Source: Desulfovibrio sp. (GTDB lineage Bacteria; Desulfobacterota; Desulfovibrionia; Desulfovibrionales; Desulfovibrionaceae). From it: a DNA stretch of 64,000 bases. Each line of letters opens with the position of its first letter. Position 1 is the first letter of the stretch. Location of the stretch: the NCBI GenBank assembly GCA_031260725.1, contig JAISKZ010000010.1:7012-71011 (forward strand), read 5' to 3'. Below, piece after piece: positions 52,876 through 62,608 of the stretch. The position numbers and the translations under genes are program-made. The notes below the pieces were generated by a model. It did no database searches, was not told the origin of the DNA, and was given only the letters and a program-made list of their open reading frames with translations.

Positions 52876-53529
52876 GTGAAAGCAAGCCTGACTCTGGAAA
52901 ACACAGCTTATACGTCGGCCCAGCTGCCCTTGATCAATGAACCGCAGATTGCTTTGGCCGGTCGATCAAATGTGGGCAAATCCTCTTTGCTCAATACGTT
53001 GGGCGCCCGCAGAAATTTGGCAAAGGTCAGTTCAACGCCTGGGAAAACGCGGTCTGTTAATTTTTTCAGAGTAATGCCTTATAATTTTTATCTTGTTGAC
53101 TTGCCGGGGTACGGTTATGCTCATGCCTGCCATCAGGAGCGGGAGAAGTGGGGGCAGCTTTTGGAAAATTATCTCTCGCGTTGTGGTCAACTCAAGTCTG
53201 TCCTGCTCCTGTTGGACTGCCGTCTGCCGCCCCAAAAAAATGATCTCACGCTGACATGCTTTGCACGAGACCTACGCCTTCCATTTTTGCCTGTTCTGAC
53301 AAAATCCGACAAATGCAACAGGCGCGAACGACTTGCCCGGCAAAGGGAATGGCAGTCACTGCTGGGGCAAGCGCCCTTGCTCACTTCGTCAGTTATGAGA
53401 ATGGGCATTAATGAACTTTGGGAAAGACTGCTGACCACGGTGGGTGGCGCTTGCAACGCACCGGTTTTAGATGGCGTAACAGCAGAAACGTCTGCATTTC
53501 TGGAAAGCGGCCGGCCGGGTTTGTCTTGA
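52876..53529 (+). CDS. engB: Ribosome biogenesis GTPase YihA/YsxC
   Basis: GRSNVGKS, PGKT, DLPGYG, TKSD; start GTG 52876 (uncertain). Confidence 0.95.
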   Translation: MKASLTLENTAYTSAQLPLINEPQIALAGRSNVGKSSLLNTLGARRNLAKVSSTPGKTRSVNFFRVMPYNFYLVDLPGYGYAHACHQEREKWGQLLENYLSRCGQLKSVLLLLDCRLPPQKNDLTLTCFARDLRLPFLPVLTKSDKCNRRERLARQREWQSLLGQAPLLTSSVMRMGINELWERLLTTVGGACNAPVLDGVTAETSAFLESGRPGLS

Positions 53530-54446
53530 TCTGCCGCCGCACCGCAGGGTTCAACGTGGACAGTCACGTCTGAATCTGGAGATATGGCGGCCACGGCCTG
53601 TTCCGCCTTGTGCGCGAGTTTATGTCCTTCATTGACGCTGATGTCCGGGTCAACGCCCACTGTCATGTCAACAAAGGTCTGCGCCCCGCTGCTGCGCAAG
53701 CGCAGGCGTTGCAAAGAGGTAATACCGGGCACTTGTTGGATTGCGTGAACAATGGCTGCTGCTTCTTTTTCTGAGCCTGAATCCATAAGCGTGTTGATTG
53801 CCTGGGCAGCCATGCGGAAACTTGCGCGAACAATGACCAACGCGACAATCAGCGCCGCCACGGTATCCGCCTGACCAAGAACTATGCAAAACGATTCCGG
53901 CAGCTTGAGGGCCGAAGCCAGCCAGACAGCCAGTACGCCTGCCAGGACAACGGCCGAGGAAAGAATATCCGTGGAAAAATGCAGGGCGTCCGCTTTCAAC
54001 GCATAGCTTTTGTACCGGCGGACAACACGTCGCAGAACATGCACGCGATTGACGTCAACTGCTATGGATATGACCATTGCGCCCACGCCCAAAAGGGAAG
54101 GCAAAGGCGGGCGGGCATTGTTGACAAGCCGTTGTACGCCTTCATACGCTGCCCAGATGCAGACGCACAGCAACAAGACTGTCTCTGCCAACGCAGCAAG
54201 GTTTTCAATTTTTCCATGTCCGTAAGGGTGGCCGGCGTCCGAGGGCCTGGCGGCAATGCGCACGGCAACAAGCGTCATGCCTGCCGCCAGTAAATCAAGC
54301 CCGCTGTGGAGTGCTTCAAACAGGATGCCGAGGCTGTTTGTATACAGCCCTGCCGCCAGCTTAAGGCAGGTCAGACCAAGAGCTGCAAACAGCGAAAAAA
54401 GCGCTGCGCTGTGTTTTGCAGCATTGGCGTCATGTTGACTATTCAT
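53187..54446 (-). CDS. Cation diffusion facilitator transporter with read-through tail antisense to engB
   Basis: ALHSGLD, HPYGHGK.ENL, ADALHFSTD, ZT-dimer ending VHVEP near 53545; frame stays open to 53187. Confidence 0.8.
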   Translation of the reverse strand: MNSQHDANAAKHSAALFSLFAALGLTCLKLAAGLYTNSLGILFEALHSGLDLLAAGMTLVAVRIAARPSDAGHPYGHGKIENLAALAETVLLLCVCIWAAYEGVQRLVNNARPPLPSLLGVGAMVISIAVDVNRVHVLRRVVRRYKSYALKADALHFSTDILSSAVVLAGVLAVWLASALKLPESFCIVLGQADTVAALIVALVIVRASFRMAAQAINTLMDSGSEKEAAAIVHAIQQVPGITSLQRLRLRSSGAQTFVDMTVGVDPDISVNEGHKLAHKAEQAVAAISPDSDVTVHVEPCGAAADQDKPGRPLSRNADVSAVTPSKTGALQAPPTVVSSLSQSSLMPILITDEVSKGACPSSDCHSLCRASRSRLLHLSDFVRTGKNGRRRSRAKHVSVRSFFWGGRRQSNRSRTDLS

Positions 54447-54528
54447 GGTTCTTGGATCGACCGGCATTGAAGCAGATAGCGGCTTTTTGCGCCGGCAAAA
54501 AAGACACAGATGAACACTTTTACATATA

Positions 54529-55260
54529 TTATAACCAGTTAAACCATTTTCGCAATGAACCTTGACGTTGTTCACGCACCATGTTTCCCTGTTCCTCGCA
54601 GTAGTGGTAATAGGCGGTCATGCTTTTTTCTTTTGCGTGATTTGCGACGTCCGACACGTCTGTAAAATTATTCACAATAAAATCATAGCGACGCCAGGCA
54701 GGTCCGTATTTTTTCATATGCCAGAATACGTCGGCGATATAAAGTTCATGTTCCGCCATAAATTTACGGCATTCCAGCATATGTTCATCAGCACTTTTAG
54801 CATGCTGCGCGTCCGGATATGTCTGACAAAGTCGGTTAAAATAGTCATAGGCCTCTTGTAATTCTGTCGTGGCCCTGTCAATGGAACGAAACTGCTTCAT
54901 GAGGGACATGCCCGTCTGGTAGAGAACATAAGGAATAGCCTGATGACGCGGGTGAAGCGACTCAAAATCTTTATAGCTTTCGGCAGCCAGTTCGTATTCT
55001 TCATCCAGGAAATAAGCGTCCGCGAGGGAAAGCTCCGCGTCCAAGGTATAAGGACTAAAGGGATACGTATCGCGTAATTTGTTATACAACTCCACAGCAC
55101 GCACATAATTTTTTTCACTCATGGCGTCGTTGGCTGCTTCAAAGACTTCCTGAGCGGTGTCTTCAGCAGGCGGAAGGTAAAACATGTCAATGATTCCGCA
55201 TCCGGCAACGGCAAAGATACTTATGGCAACTACAAGACAGCAGAAAAATTTTTTATACAT
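54529..55260 (-). CDS. bamD: Outer membrane protein assembly factor BamD
   Basis: Lipobox VAGC, YPFSPY, HPRHQAIPY, HELYIA. Confidence 0.92.
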   Translation of the reverse strand: MYKKFFCCLVVAISIFAVAGCGIIDMFYLPPAEDTAQEVFEAANDAMSEKNYVRAVELYNKLRDTYPFSPYTLDAELSLADAYFLDEEYELAAESYKDFESLHPRHQAIPYVLYQTGMSLMKQFRSIDRATTELQEAYDYFNRLCQTYPDAQHAKSADEHMLECRKFMAEHELYIADVFWHMKKYGPAWRRYDFIVNNFTDVSDVANHAKEKSMTAYYHYCEEQGNMVREQRQGSLRKWFNWL

Positions 55261-56179
55261 GGAGTTGTTCCAAAAAAACGAAAGCTGCCTGGGCAGCCGT
55301 TGCGCCGTCACCAGACGCTGTAATCACCTGACGGCAAAGTTTTGAACGGATATCCCCGGCGGCAAAAATGCCGGGTATATTGGTGCGCATTTCCGTGTCT
55401 GTGATAATAAAACCATGTGAGTCACGGGCAAGGTTTTCCGGCAGATAATCCGTCATTGGAGTAAAACCCACATAGACAAATAATCCGTCTACAGACAGAT
55501 GCCGTTCTTTGCCGCTGTGAACATTTTTCAGAGTCAGCCCGGTCAGAGAAGTTTCACCGTGCAGGCTGGAGATAACCGTATCGGGTAAAATCGAAACTTT
55601 GTCAGAGGCCTTTTCAAGACGTTCAAGATAAGTTTTAGCGCCTCTGAAGGAGTCCCGACGGTGTATCAGATAGACCTTGCCTGCAATTTTTGAAAGATAC
55701 AGGGCTTCTTCAAGGGCGCTGTTGCCACCTCCGACAACCGCTATCGTTTGACCGCGAAAAAAATTGCCGTCACAAAGGGCGCAATAGGAAACCCCGCGGC
55801 CTGCCAGCTTTGTTTCATTTTCAAGCCCCAGCTTTCTATGCCGCGCCCCTGTGCAAACCAGCATAGTTTTGCCGGCGTAGTCATTGCCGTCAGAGCGCGC
55901 GACAAAGTTGCCTGCAGCTCCAGAGACTGATTCAACGGCACCGGACACGCGTTCTACCGCCAGTCCATCAAGATGGGCGAGAAAGAGATCCGCAAGTTCA
56001 TAGCCTTTAATGCCTTTGGGATGCCCTAGGTAATTTTCAAGGGTGTCCGTCATGAGTATCTGCCCACCAAGCGTCATCTGTTCAAACATGAGCACTGAGC
56101 GTGCCGAACGCGCAAGATACAGAGAGGCGGTAATGCCGGCAGGGCCGCCGCCGATGACAATGGCGTCATACATTTTCAT
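55253..56179 (-). CDS. trxB: Thioredoxin-disulfide reductase
   Basis: GGGPAG, GVSYCALCDG, GGGNSALEEA, FAAGD. Confidence 0.97.
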   Translation of the reverse strand: MKMYDAIVIGGGPAGITASLYLARSARSVLMFEQMTLGGQILMTDTLENYLGHPKGIKGYELADLFLAHLDGLAVERVSGAVESVSGAAGNFVARSDGNDYAGKTMLVCTGARHRKLGLENETKLAGRGVSYCALCDGNFFRGQTIAVVGGGNSALEEALYLSKIAGKVYLIHRRDSFRGAKTYLERLEKASDKVSILPDTVISSLHGETSLTGLTLKNVHSGKERHLSVDGLFVYVGFTPMTDYLPENLARDSHGFIITDTEMRTNIPGIFAAGDIRSKLCRQVITASGDGATAAQAAFVFLEQLHV

Positions 56180-56499
56180 GCAAGTACCTTCGTTTCAATC
56201 ATTTTCGTCATGGCTGCCTTGGTGACGGCTCCGGTAATCTGTTCAACAGTGTCGCCCTTGTTAAACAGTATGAGTGTCGGAATCGCGCGAATGCCGAATT
56301 TTGTGGGGGTCGCAGGGTTTTCATCCACATTCATCTTGTATATGCGCACTCTGCCTTCATATTCAGCGGCAAGGTCATCAATGATAGGTCCAACAGCACG
56401 ACACGGGCCGCACCAAGGCGCCCAGAAATCCAGCAGAACAGGTATGTCGGATTTAATCACAAGATTTTCAAACGTGGCGTCAGTGACCTGTTCAGCCAT
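56176..56499 (-). CDS. trxA: Thioredoxin
   Basis: WCGPC active site. Confidence 0.98.
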   Translation of the reverse strand: MAEQVTDATFENLVIKSDIPVLLDFWAPWCGPCRAVGPIIDDLAAEYEGRVRIYKMNVDENPATPTKFGIRAIPTLILFNKGDTVEQITGAVTKAAMTKMIETKVLA

Positions 56500-56621
56500 A
56501 AAGGGCTCCTTGTCTTTTTGATTGTTATTCTAAGCAATTATGCGTCCAAGGGTGTGTTAAGCAAAATAATAAAGCTGTATGTCTGAAGAATGTTCTTTTT
56601 GTGTTCAGTGAGAGTAGATAT

Positions 56622-57731
56622 CTAATGCTCAACTGTCAAGCTGTCCGGGAAGCCGTGCCCTTGTCGCCCTGTAACGCGCCCGCAAACCATGTCGTCGGGA
56701 ATTGTTTTTCCACGCGGGATTGTCTCCATGCGAAGATCATGGGAAAAGCCTGCCCTTGCAAGAAGCCGGCCCGCATAAGCTATCATGACAGCGTTGTCCG
56801 TGCACAGTTCGGGGGGCGGCATCAATGCTTCTCCTCCACGCTGTTGCATAAGTCGCGTAACGCGTTCGCGCAAAAGGGAATTAGACGCCACACCGCCCGC
56901 CAGTATCAGGGTGTGCAACGCCGGGTATCTATCCAGCGCGCGTTCCACCTTGGCACAGAGGGTATCCACAACAGCTAGGGAAAAAGAGGCGCAGCAGTTT
57001 TTCAGCACCGTCGTCGCGTCGGTGACGCTTTGTAGTGGTCGCACGGTATTTTTGAGAGCGGGCGTTTGTTCAATATGGCTGACTGCCGCTGTCTTCAGAC
57101 CGCTGAAACTGAAATCCAGATTATCATTATCAAGGTAGGGACGTGGGAAAAGATGCGGGTCTGCCGCGCCGTCAGAAGCCAGCGCGTCCATCATCCGGCC
57201 GGCTGGGTACGCGAGCCCAAGTATTTTGCCGATTTTGTCAAAAGCTTCTCCAGCGGCATCATCAAGAGTTTTACCGAGTTGTCGGCATTGCCACGGAGAT
57301 TGCATATGGTAGAAATGCGTATGGCCTCCAGAAACCAGCAGCGCAAGCGCCGGGAAGTGGATATGATTATCAATGCCGACTGTGAGAAGATGGGCATGCA
57401 AGTGATTGATTCCAATAAATTTCGCATCAAGCGCAAGGGCCAATGCCTTGGCAAAGGCCACTCCTACAAGAAGACTCCCAAGGAGTCCTGGACCGCGCGC
57501 CACGGCAACAGTGTCAATCTGTTCGGGAGACAGCCCGCAACGGTGCATCAGTTCGTCAAACAAGGTGCCTATGTAGCGGCAGTGTTCACGTGAGGCTAAT
57601 TCCGGCACAACTCCGCCGAAAATTGCATGCAAATCAGACTGGCTTGCCAGAACAGAGCCGATAACGCCGCCGCCGTTCACGACAGCCAGCGCAGTTTCGT
57701 CACAAGAGCTTTCGATGCCAAGACAGTTCAC
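56622..57731 (-). CDS. tsaD: tRNA N6-adenosine threonylcarbamoyltransferase
   Basis: [42 protein letters not shown]. Confidence 0.97.
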   Translation of the reverse strand: MNCLGIESSCDETALAVVNGGGVIGSVLASQSDLHAIFGGVVPELASREHCRYIGTLFDELMHRCGLSPEQIDTVAVARGPGLLGSLLVGVAFAKALALALDAKFIGINHLHAHLLTVGIDNHIHFPALALLVSGGHTHFYHMQSPWQCRQLGKTLDDAAGEAFDKIGKILGLAYPAGRMMDALASDGAADPHLFPRPYLDNDNLDFSFSGLKTAAVSHIEQTPALKNTVRPLQSVTDATTVLKNCCASFSLAVVDTLCAKVERALDRYPALHTLILAGGVASNSLLRERVTRLMQQRGGEALMPPPELCTDNAVMIAYAGRLLARAGFSHDLRMETIPRGKTIPDDMVCGRVTGRQGHGFPDSLTVEH

Positions 57732-58765
57732 AACGCACCAGTAAAAATTAAATCAGTTTGGGCATGGCGATGTTGGGCATAAATTTTTTCCACAGTCGCC
57801 ACGTCATCCGACGAGCCAATGAACAGCGGCGTACGGCTGTGCAGACATTCCGGTTTGCGTTCCATAATGCGGCCTTGTCCGTCGCTGGCCCGTCCGCCTG
57901 CCTGTTCCGCGAGAAATGCCAATGGGGCGGCCTCGCACATAAGGCGTAATTTGCCTTCCGGTCTTTTGATATCGGCCGGATACATATAGATGCCGCCATA
58001 GATAAGCGTGCGGTGAAAATCCGCGACAAGCGCTCCCACATAACGGGACGAATAAGGCGTTCCATCCTGTGTTTCGCAATTATGAAACCAGTCAACGGCC
58101 TCACAGGTGGCGGCGCTCCAGTTTTTTCGGTATCCTTCATTGACGGAATAAATCTTCCCTTGTTTTGGAATACGCATATTCGGATGAGAAAGCAAAAATT
58201 CTCCGACGCCGGGATCCAGCGTAAAGCCGTGCACCCCTTGGCCGGTGCTGAAAACAAACATGGTTGAAGGACCATACAGGATGTATCCGGCCGCCGTCTG
58301 ATTGAGGCCGGGCTGCAGCACTTCCTCCAGACTCACTTCTCCCTTGTTGCTTTGAGGACGACGTAAAATGGAAAAAAGAGTGCCCACGTTAATATTGACG
58401 TCAATATTGCTTGAGCCGTCCAAAGGATCAAAAACAAGAATGTAATCGCCCTGTGGAAATTCCGGCTTGATGCGCACAAGTTCAGCATTTTCTTCCGAAC
58501 TCATGGCGCAAAGGGCACCGCAACGCTCCATGCGGTAGGTCAGGATGCGGTTGGCGATCTCATCCATTTTTTGTACATTTTCGCCCTGCACGTTGATTTC
58601 GCCGGTGCCTCCAAGCAGATCCAGCAGACCGGCCTTGTTGATGCGACAGGCAATGGTCTTTCCTGACAGAATAAGGTCATAGAGCAGACTGGTGAACTGT
58701 CCGGTTGCATGCGGAGATTGTTTTTGATGCAGCAGGAGGTGTTCTATTACTGTAATTTCAGTCAT
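57728..58765 (-). CDS. fbp: Class 1 fructose-1,6-bisphosphatase
   Basis: [30 protein letters not shown]. Confidence 0.96.
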   Translation of the reverse strand: MTEITVIEHLLLHQKQSPHATGQFTSLLYDLILSGKTIACRINKAGLLDLLGGTGEINVQGENVQKMDEIANRILTYRMERCGALCAMSSEENAELVRIKPEFPQGDYILVFDPLDGSSNIDVNINVGTLFSILRRPQSNKGEVSLEEVLQPGLNQTAAGYILYGPSTMFVFSTGQGVHGFTLDPGVGEFLLSHPNMRIPKQGKIYSVNEGYRKNWSAATCEAVDWFHNCETQDGTPYSSRYVGALVADFHRTLIYGGIYMYPADIKRPEGKLRLMCEAAPLAFLAEQAGGRASDGQGRIMERKPECLHSRTPLFIGSSDDVATVEKIYAQHRHAQTDLIFTGAL

Positions 58766-58813
58766 GATTTTTTCTTTATGCCCAATCTAAAGCGGGATGT
58801 CGCACTGATCTGT

Positions 58814-58847
58814 CGCCCTGCGCCTTCAAACAGGACGGCGCAGGGCG
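58814..58847. repeat. Perfect 11-bp inverted repeat (hairpin) between the lipoprotein gene and fbp
   Basis: CGCCCTGCGCC (58814-58824) / GGCGCAGGGCG (58837-58847), 12-nt loop, no U-tract on either strand. Confidence 0.6.
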
Positions 58848-58873
58848 CAGAGGGCCACAAATCAGTTTCGAGA

Positions 58874-60307
58874 TCAAAAGGGGCTTTGGCGTCCTTCCGG
58901 CAGAGGTGCCGGTGTTTGCGTATCGGATGCGGCGTCAGCCTGCGGTTCAGGCTGCGCAACGGGAGATGCGGGAGTCTGCCCCCTGGAAGTGATTTCTGTC
59001 GGCTTCAGCGTTGCCGGCTCCGCGTCCGGCTTGTCTCCAAGAACATTTTGTGAGGATCCTTCCGGGGTTTCCTGTGCCGCGTCCTTGGCGCTGCCGTCTT
59101 CTGAAGGCGCTTTGTCTGGATCGTCATCTCTGGGGCCGAAAGGACTGGGACGGCCGCCCGGCAGTGTCGGCATACTTGAATCAGGAATAATCCTTACTTG
59201 CTGAGCTTTGGGTTGCGTTGCCTGACGCGGCCGTGTCACACGCTCTGCCGGCACATTGTCGTCTGTAATCTTGTGTTCTTCCAAGCGGGATTTCGCAGGT
59301 GCATTTCCCTTAAGCAACACGCTGTCGCGATTGCCTGGTTCAATATCATTTGATGAGACGCCGCCTGTATTTTGAGGTTGCGCATGATTGTCCGCGGCAC
59401 TGGACGCGTCCGGCGCGGCTATAACGTCAATGCGGGATTTGCGTTCCGTTATTGGCGGCGGCGAAAGTTTTTCAGGTTCCTTGGGGAAGAAAGGACGACC
59501 CTGTTCAGTGTCTCCGTTGCCTTCAGGAAAGCTTCCAGATTCAGGCACGGCGAAAACCAGAGGCAGATTGCCGAGATAACGCACAATATAGTAAAAAGAG
59601 CCGTTGACGTTTTTACAGATGCCTGATGAACTATTGGAGATAATCTCCGTCCAGTCGACGCCCGCAAGCGGCGTGGCCGCGTATTCATACTTGCCCGGCC
59701 AGAGCAGCGCCCGCGGCGAGAGAATGACCATGTTCTCCGGGCTGCCGGAATATTGCGCAAGCGTGCGCATGTCAAAATGAGCCGTCACCACGCCAAGAAA
59801 GTCGACGCTGTCATACAGTGGGGCAGCCAGCATAATTTCCGGACCAAGGGGGGTGTTCTGCACGTCTGCGCGCAAAGCGCGGCTGCTCTGCTTTTTGTCC
59901 TCATAAAGAAGAGGTATGAAATCCAGATCTTTGATGGGCGCAGCCGGCTCCTGCCCTAAAATGGCGCCGTCGTTTTTCACGCCGGCAAAACCGTTAAGCC
60001 AGGGGAAGCTGGTCATGAAGTTTGTTACCCAAACGCGTGTCGGAGGTTTGTCGGCATTCAGCATGACACGTTCAAGCCGGCTCAATTCCCGGTCAATGCC
60101 CATCATGCTGGTGGTCAACTCCAGAGCGCGGGGCGACAAATCGCTTTTTTCCTCGTAATTTACTTCCGCAGGAGGACTGAGATAGGCATTCCAAAAATTT
60201 TTTGTGCTTTTCCAGGCATTCTTTGTCGGCTGATAGGAACTGCAACCGGATATTGACGTCAAAACCGCCGCCGACAGAAGAAAAGAATATAAAAGTAATT
60301 TAAGCAC
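58874..60307 (-). CDS. Hypothetical lipoprotein with Pro-rich disordered C-terminus
   Basis: GTG 60307 gives a signal ending ISGC; globular N-terminal two-thirds, low-complexity tail. Confidence 0.75.
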   Translation of the reverse strand: MLKLLLYSFLLSAAVLTSISGCSSYQPTKNAWKSTKNFWNAYLSPPAEVNYEEKSDLSPRALELTTSMMGIDRELSRLERVMLNADKPPTRVWVTNFMTSFPWLNGFAGVKNDGAILGQEPAAPIKDLDFIPLLYEDKKQSSRALRADVQNTPLGPEIMLAAPLYDSVDFLGVVTAHFDMRTLAQYSGSPENMVILSPRALLWPGKYEYAATPLAGVDWTEIISNSSSGICKNVNGSFYYIVRYLGNLPLVFAVPESGSFPEGNGDTEQGRPFFPKEPEKLSPPPITERKSRIDVIAAPDASSAADNHAQPQNTGGVSSNDIEPGNRDSVLLKGNAPAKSRLEEHKITDDNVPAERVTRPRQATQPKAQQVRIIPDSSMPTLPGGRPSPFGPRDDDPDKAPSEDGSAKDAAQETPEGSSQNVLGDKPDAEPATLKPTEITSRGQTPASPVAQPEPQADAASDTQTPAPLPEGRQSPF

Positions 60308-60323
60308 TGTCTTCTCCTGCGCT

Positions 60324-61295
60324 TTAGCCTTGCGCCCTTGTTTCCACACGTTCCGCCAACGCTTCAAGCATACTGATGAGTTTGTCCTTGCCACTGGAAG
60401 ATTCTGACGGATCAGACGATTGCGTCTGATCTGTCGTTGGGGCGTTGCCGAGTTTTGCGTTCAGGGTGGCAATGCGCTGATTCAGATCGGCGCTTTCTTC
60501 ACGGGTAACCGCAGATGCCGCCAATTCCTGATAAATGTCAAGAGCGCTTTTTATGTCGCCCTGTTCGGCCAAGACTTCCGCCATTGAACGTGTCCGGAGT
60601 GAAAAACGCTCCTCTGTGATATCCATTTCTTCTGTCAGCAGTGTATTGTCCGGCAATGCGGATGCAGACTGTGATTTTTGCTTGGTCGGCGGCGCTGCCG
60701 CATCTGCGGCCGGCAGTTGTGTGTCAGCTGGATGAACAGCAGTCTCCAGAGTGGTTTCCGCAGGTGTGACAGGCAACTCCACGGCGATTTCAGGCACCCC
60801 GTCAACGCTGTCGGATGGTTCAGGGGGCAATGACGCCGTAACGGTCTTGAAAGCAGCGTTTTCATCCGTTGTGTCGGGTTCGAGCTGGTTCAGTATAGCG
60901 GCGATGCCGCAATTGAGCACTTCATGCAGGGAAAGGTCGTTGTGCTTGAAATGGGCTGCTACAAGACGCAATACGGCGGCAACATCGCGAGAACCATCTG
61001 ATGAGGAGAGACATGCTGCCCATGCCTGCCAAAAATCTGTATAGCCGGAGAACACCCTGCTGATTTTGTTGACCTGCTCCATGCATGCAGGGCGGTGACC
61101 GGCCTTGTAAAGCAGTTCAATAAAAAAAAGGCGTGCTTCAAAAAATTCGGGATGTCTTTCCAGACCGTGTTTCAGAACATTTGCAGCTTCTTCAGGACGA
61201 TTGTCTGTCGCCAGCAGCCGCGCCAATGAAAAAAAAACCTTGGAATTTGGTTCCAGTTCCAAGACTTCTTGATACCATTTAATTTTTTCCGTCAT
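60324..61295 (-). CDS. TPR-containing protein
   Basis: MTEKIKWYQEVLELEPNSKVFFSLAR; acidic linker; TRSMAEVLAEQGD. Confidence 0.8.
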   Translation of the reverse strand: MTEKIKWYQEVLELEPNSKVFFSLARLLATDNRPEEAANVLKHGLERHPEFFEARLFFIELLYKAGHRPACMEQVNKISRVFSGYTDFWQAWAACLSSSDGSRDVAAVLRLVAAHFKHNDLSLHEVLNCGIAAILNQLEPDTTDENAAFKTVTASLPPEPSDSVDGVPEIAVELPVTPAETTLETAVHPADTQLPAADAAAPPTKQKSQSASALPDNTLLTEEMDITEERFSLRTRSMAEVLAEQGDIKSALDIYQELAASAVTREESADLNQRIATLNAKLGNAPTTDQTQSSDPSESSSGKDKLISMLEALAERVETRAQG

Positions 61296-61602
61296 CGCGT
61301 GTGGCTCCCGAAGCGTTTTTTGCTGCATCTTCAAAAAGGTACAGCACTTCATTTTCACGCACATAATGCAGATGCTGACGAATCATTTTTTCTATGTACC
61401 GGCTGTCGGACTGCAACAAGCGGATTTCACGGCTTAACGCCAGATTTTGCGCATCCAGCTCGCCAAGTTGTTTTTGCAGTTCCGTATGTTGGCTTTTGAG
61501 CTCACGGTATTCCAACAGTCCGGTATTGCCCCAGATCATACGACAAAACAGGACAACATTAACCAGACTTAATGCGACAAGTATGAAGACACGCCAGACC
61601 AT
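61279..61602 (-). CDS. ftsB: Septum formation initiator (FtsB/DivIC family)
   Basis: One TM helix, coiled coil, IEKMIRQHLHYVRENE. Confidence 0.85.
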   Translation of the reverse strand: MVWRVFILVALSLVNVVLFCRMIWGNTGLLEYRELKSQHTELQKQLGELDAQNLALSREIRLLQSDSRYIEKMIRQHLHYVRENEVLYLFEDAAKNASGATRDDGKN

Positions 61603-61604
61603 GA

Positions 61605-61871
61605 CTACTGCAAAAGACGTTTTTGTTGCGGTAATCCTTTGTTGGGGAGCCTGAGCTCCGCCAAAAAGCTGGCGGTAGCGTCTTCAAGCCGCTTGACATC
61701 GTCTTCCGCCAGCATCATGTTGTCAACCTGTTGTAAGTAATTTTTCAATGTTGTAAGCTCGTTGTTGAAATGGGAACCCAAAAATTCCGCACTCAGGTCT
61801 GCCTCCAGCTCCAAGATAGTTTGAATGCAGTTTTTGAGGCGGATTTGCAGAGTGCTCAATGGAGGTCTCAT
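61605..61871 (-). CDS. Hypothetical protein (88 aa)
   Basis: ATGA-coupled to pgsA and ends 2 nt before ftsB; helical. Confidence 0.7.
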   Translation of the reverse strand: MRPPLSTLQIRLKNCIQTILELEADLSAEFLGSHFNNELTTLKNYLQQVDNMMLAEDDVKRLEDATASFLAELRLPNKGLPQQKRLLQ

Positions 61872-62407
61872 TGCTGTATTTTTTTGTAAAAATCATAACA
61901 GTAGTTAGCGCCGGAAATGATGGTCATAACCAAGGCGGCATAGAGCAGAACTTCGCCCATCGGCCACAATTTCACGCCCATTATGGGATAATGCAATATA
62001 AGCGGCACGACAGCAATAATTTGTAACACTGTTTTTGCCTTGCCAAATTTGTCCGCAGCAAGATAGATATCGGCATCCTTGGCCATGGCTCTCAAGCCCG
62101 TCACCACCAGTTCGCGGCAGACGATCACAATCACTACCCAGGTCGGCACCCAGGCGAGTTTGACAAACATGATCAGCACCGAGCATATCAACACCTTATC
62201 CGCCAGTGGATCTAAAAATTTGCCCATGCAGGTGACCATGTTTTCGCGCCGAGCAATATAACCGTCCACCCAGTCCGTAATCGAGGCAAAAATGAAGGCA
62301 ATGGCAGCCAATACGCAAAATACAGGGCCCTCAAAGTAAAGCAAAATGACTACAAGGGGCGTCATCAGGATGCGTAACAAAGTGATTTTATTTGCAAGAT
62401 TCAGCAT
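61868..62407 (-). CDS. pgsA: CDP-diacylglycerol--glycerol-3-phosphate 3-phosphatidyltransferase
   Basis: NLANKITLLR, TDWVDGYIARR..G.FLDPLADK. Confidence 0.96.
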   Translation of the reverse strand: MLNLANKITLLRILMTPLVVILLYFEGPVFCVLAAIAFIFASITDWVDGYIARRENMVTCMGKFLDPLADKVLICSVLIMFVKLAWVPTWVVIVIVCRELVVTGLRAMAKDADIYLAADKFGKAKTVLQIIAVVPLILHYPIMGVKLWPMGEVLLYAALVMTIISGANYCYDFYKKIQQ

Positions 62408-62563
62408 TTTATTTTCTCGGACGATCCTGTAATAATTTTATCCGAACTCTCGCCCATCTCAACGGCACCTTTAAGATTCAGCATGGTTGGCACACTCGAA
62501 CGATGATGCCCACGTCGAGTATTCCCACCTTGTATCCCCGGCGGCCAACGCTGCGGCGATGGT
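62401..62563 (-). pseudogene. Mrp/ApbC (NBP35-like Fe-S carrier ATPase) remnant
   Basis: With two single-base frameshifts the minus strand reads IAAALA-RGYKVGILDVGI-HRSSVPTMLNLKG, matching Mrp ALA.RGYKVGILDVDIHGPSVP.LLGL; the P-loop is missing. Confidence 0.7.
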
Positions 62564-62608
62564 TCTGGCCTGAAGGAGTGCTGCGACGGCATGAGGGCGC
62601 CGGAAGAG

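Noticed and set aside
62401-62592. 63-aa ORF-track protein upstream of pgsA as a real gene
   Set aside because: Better explained as one frame of the frameshifted Mrp remnant.
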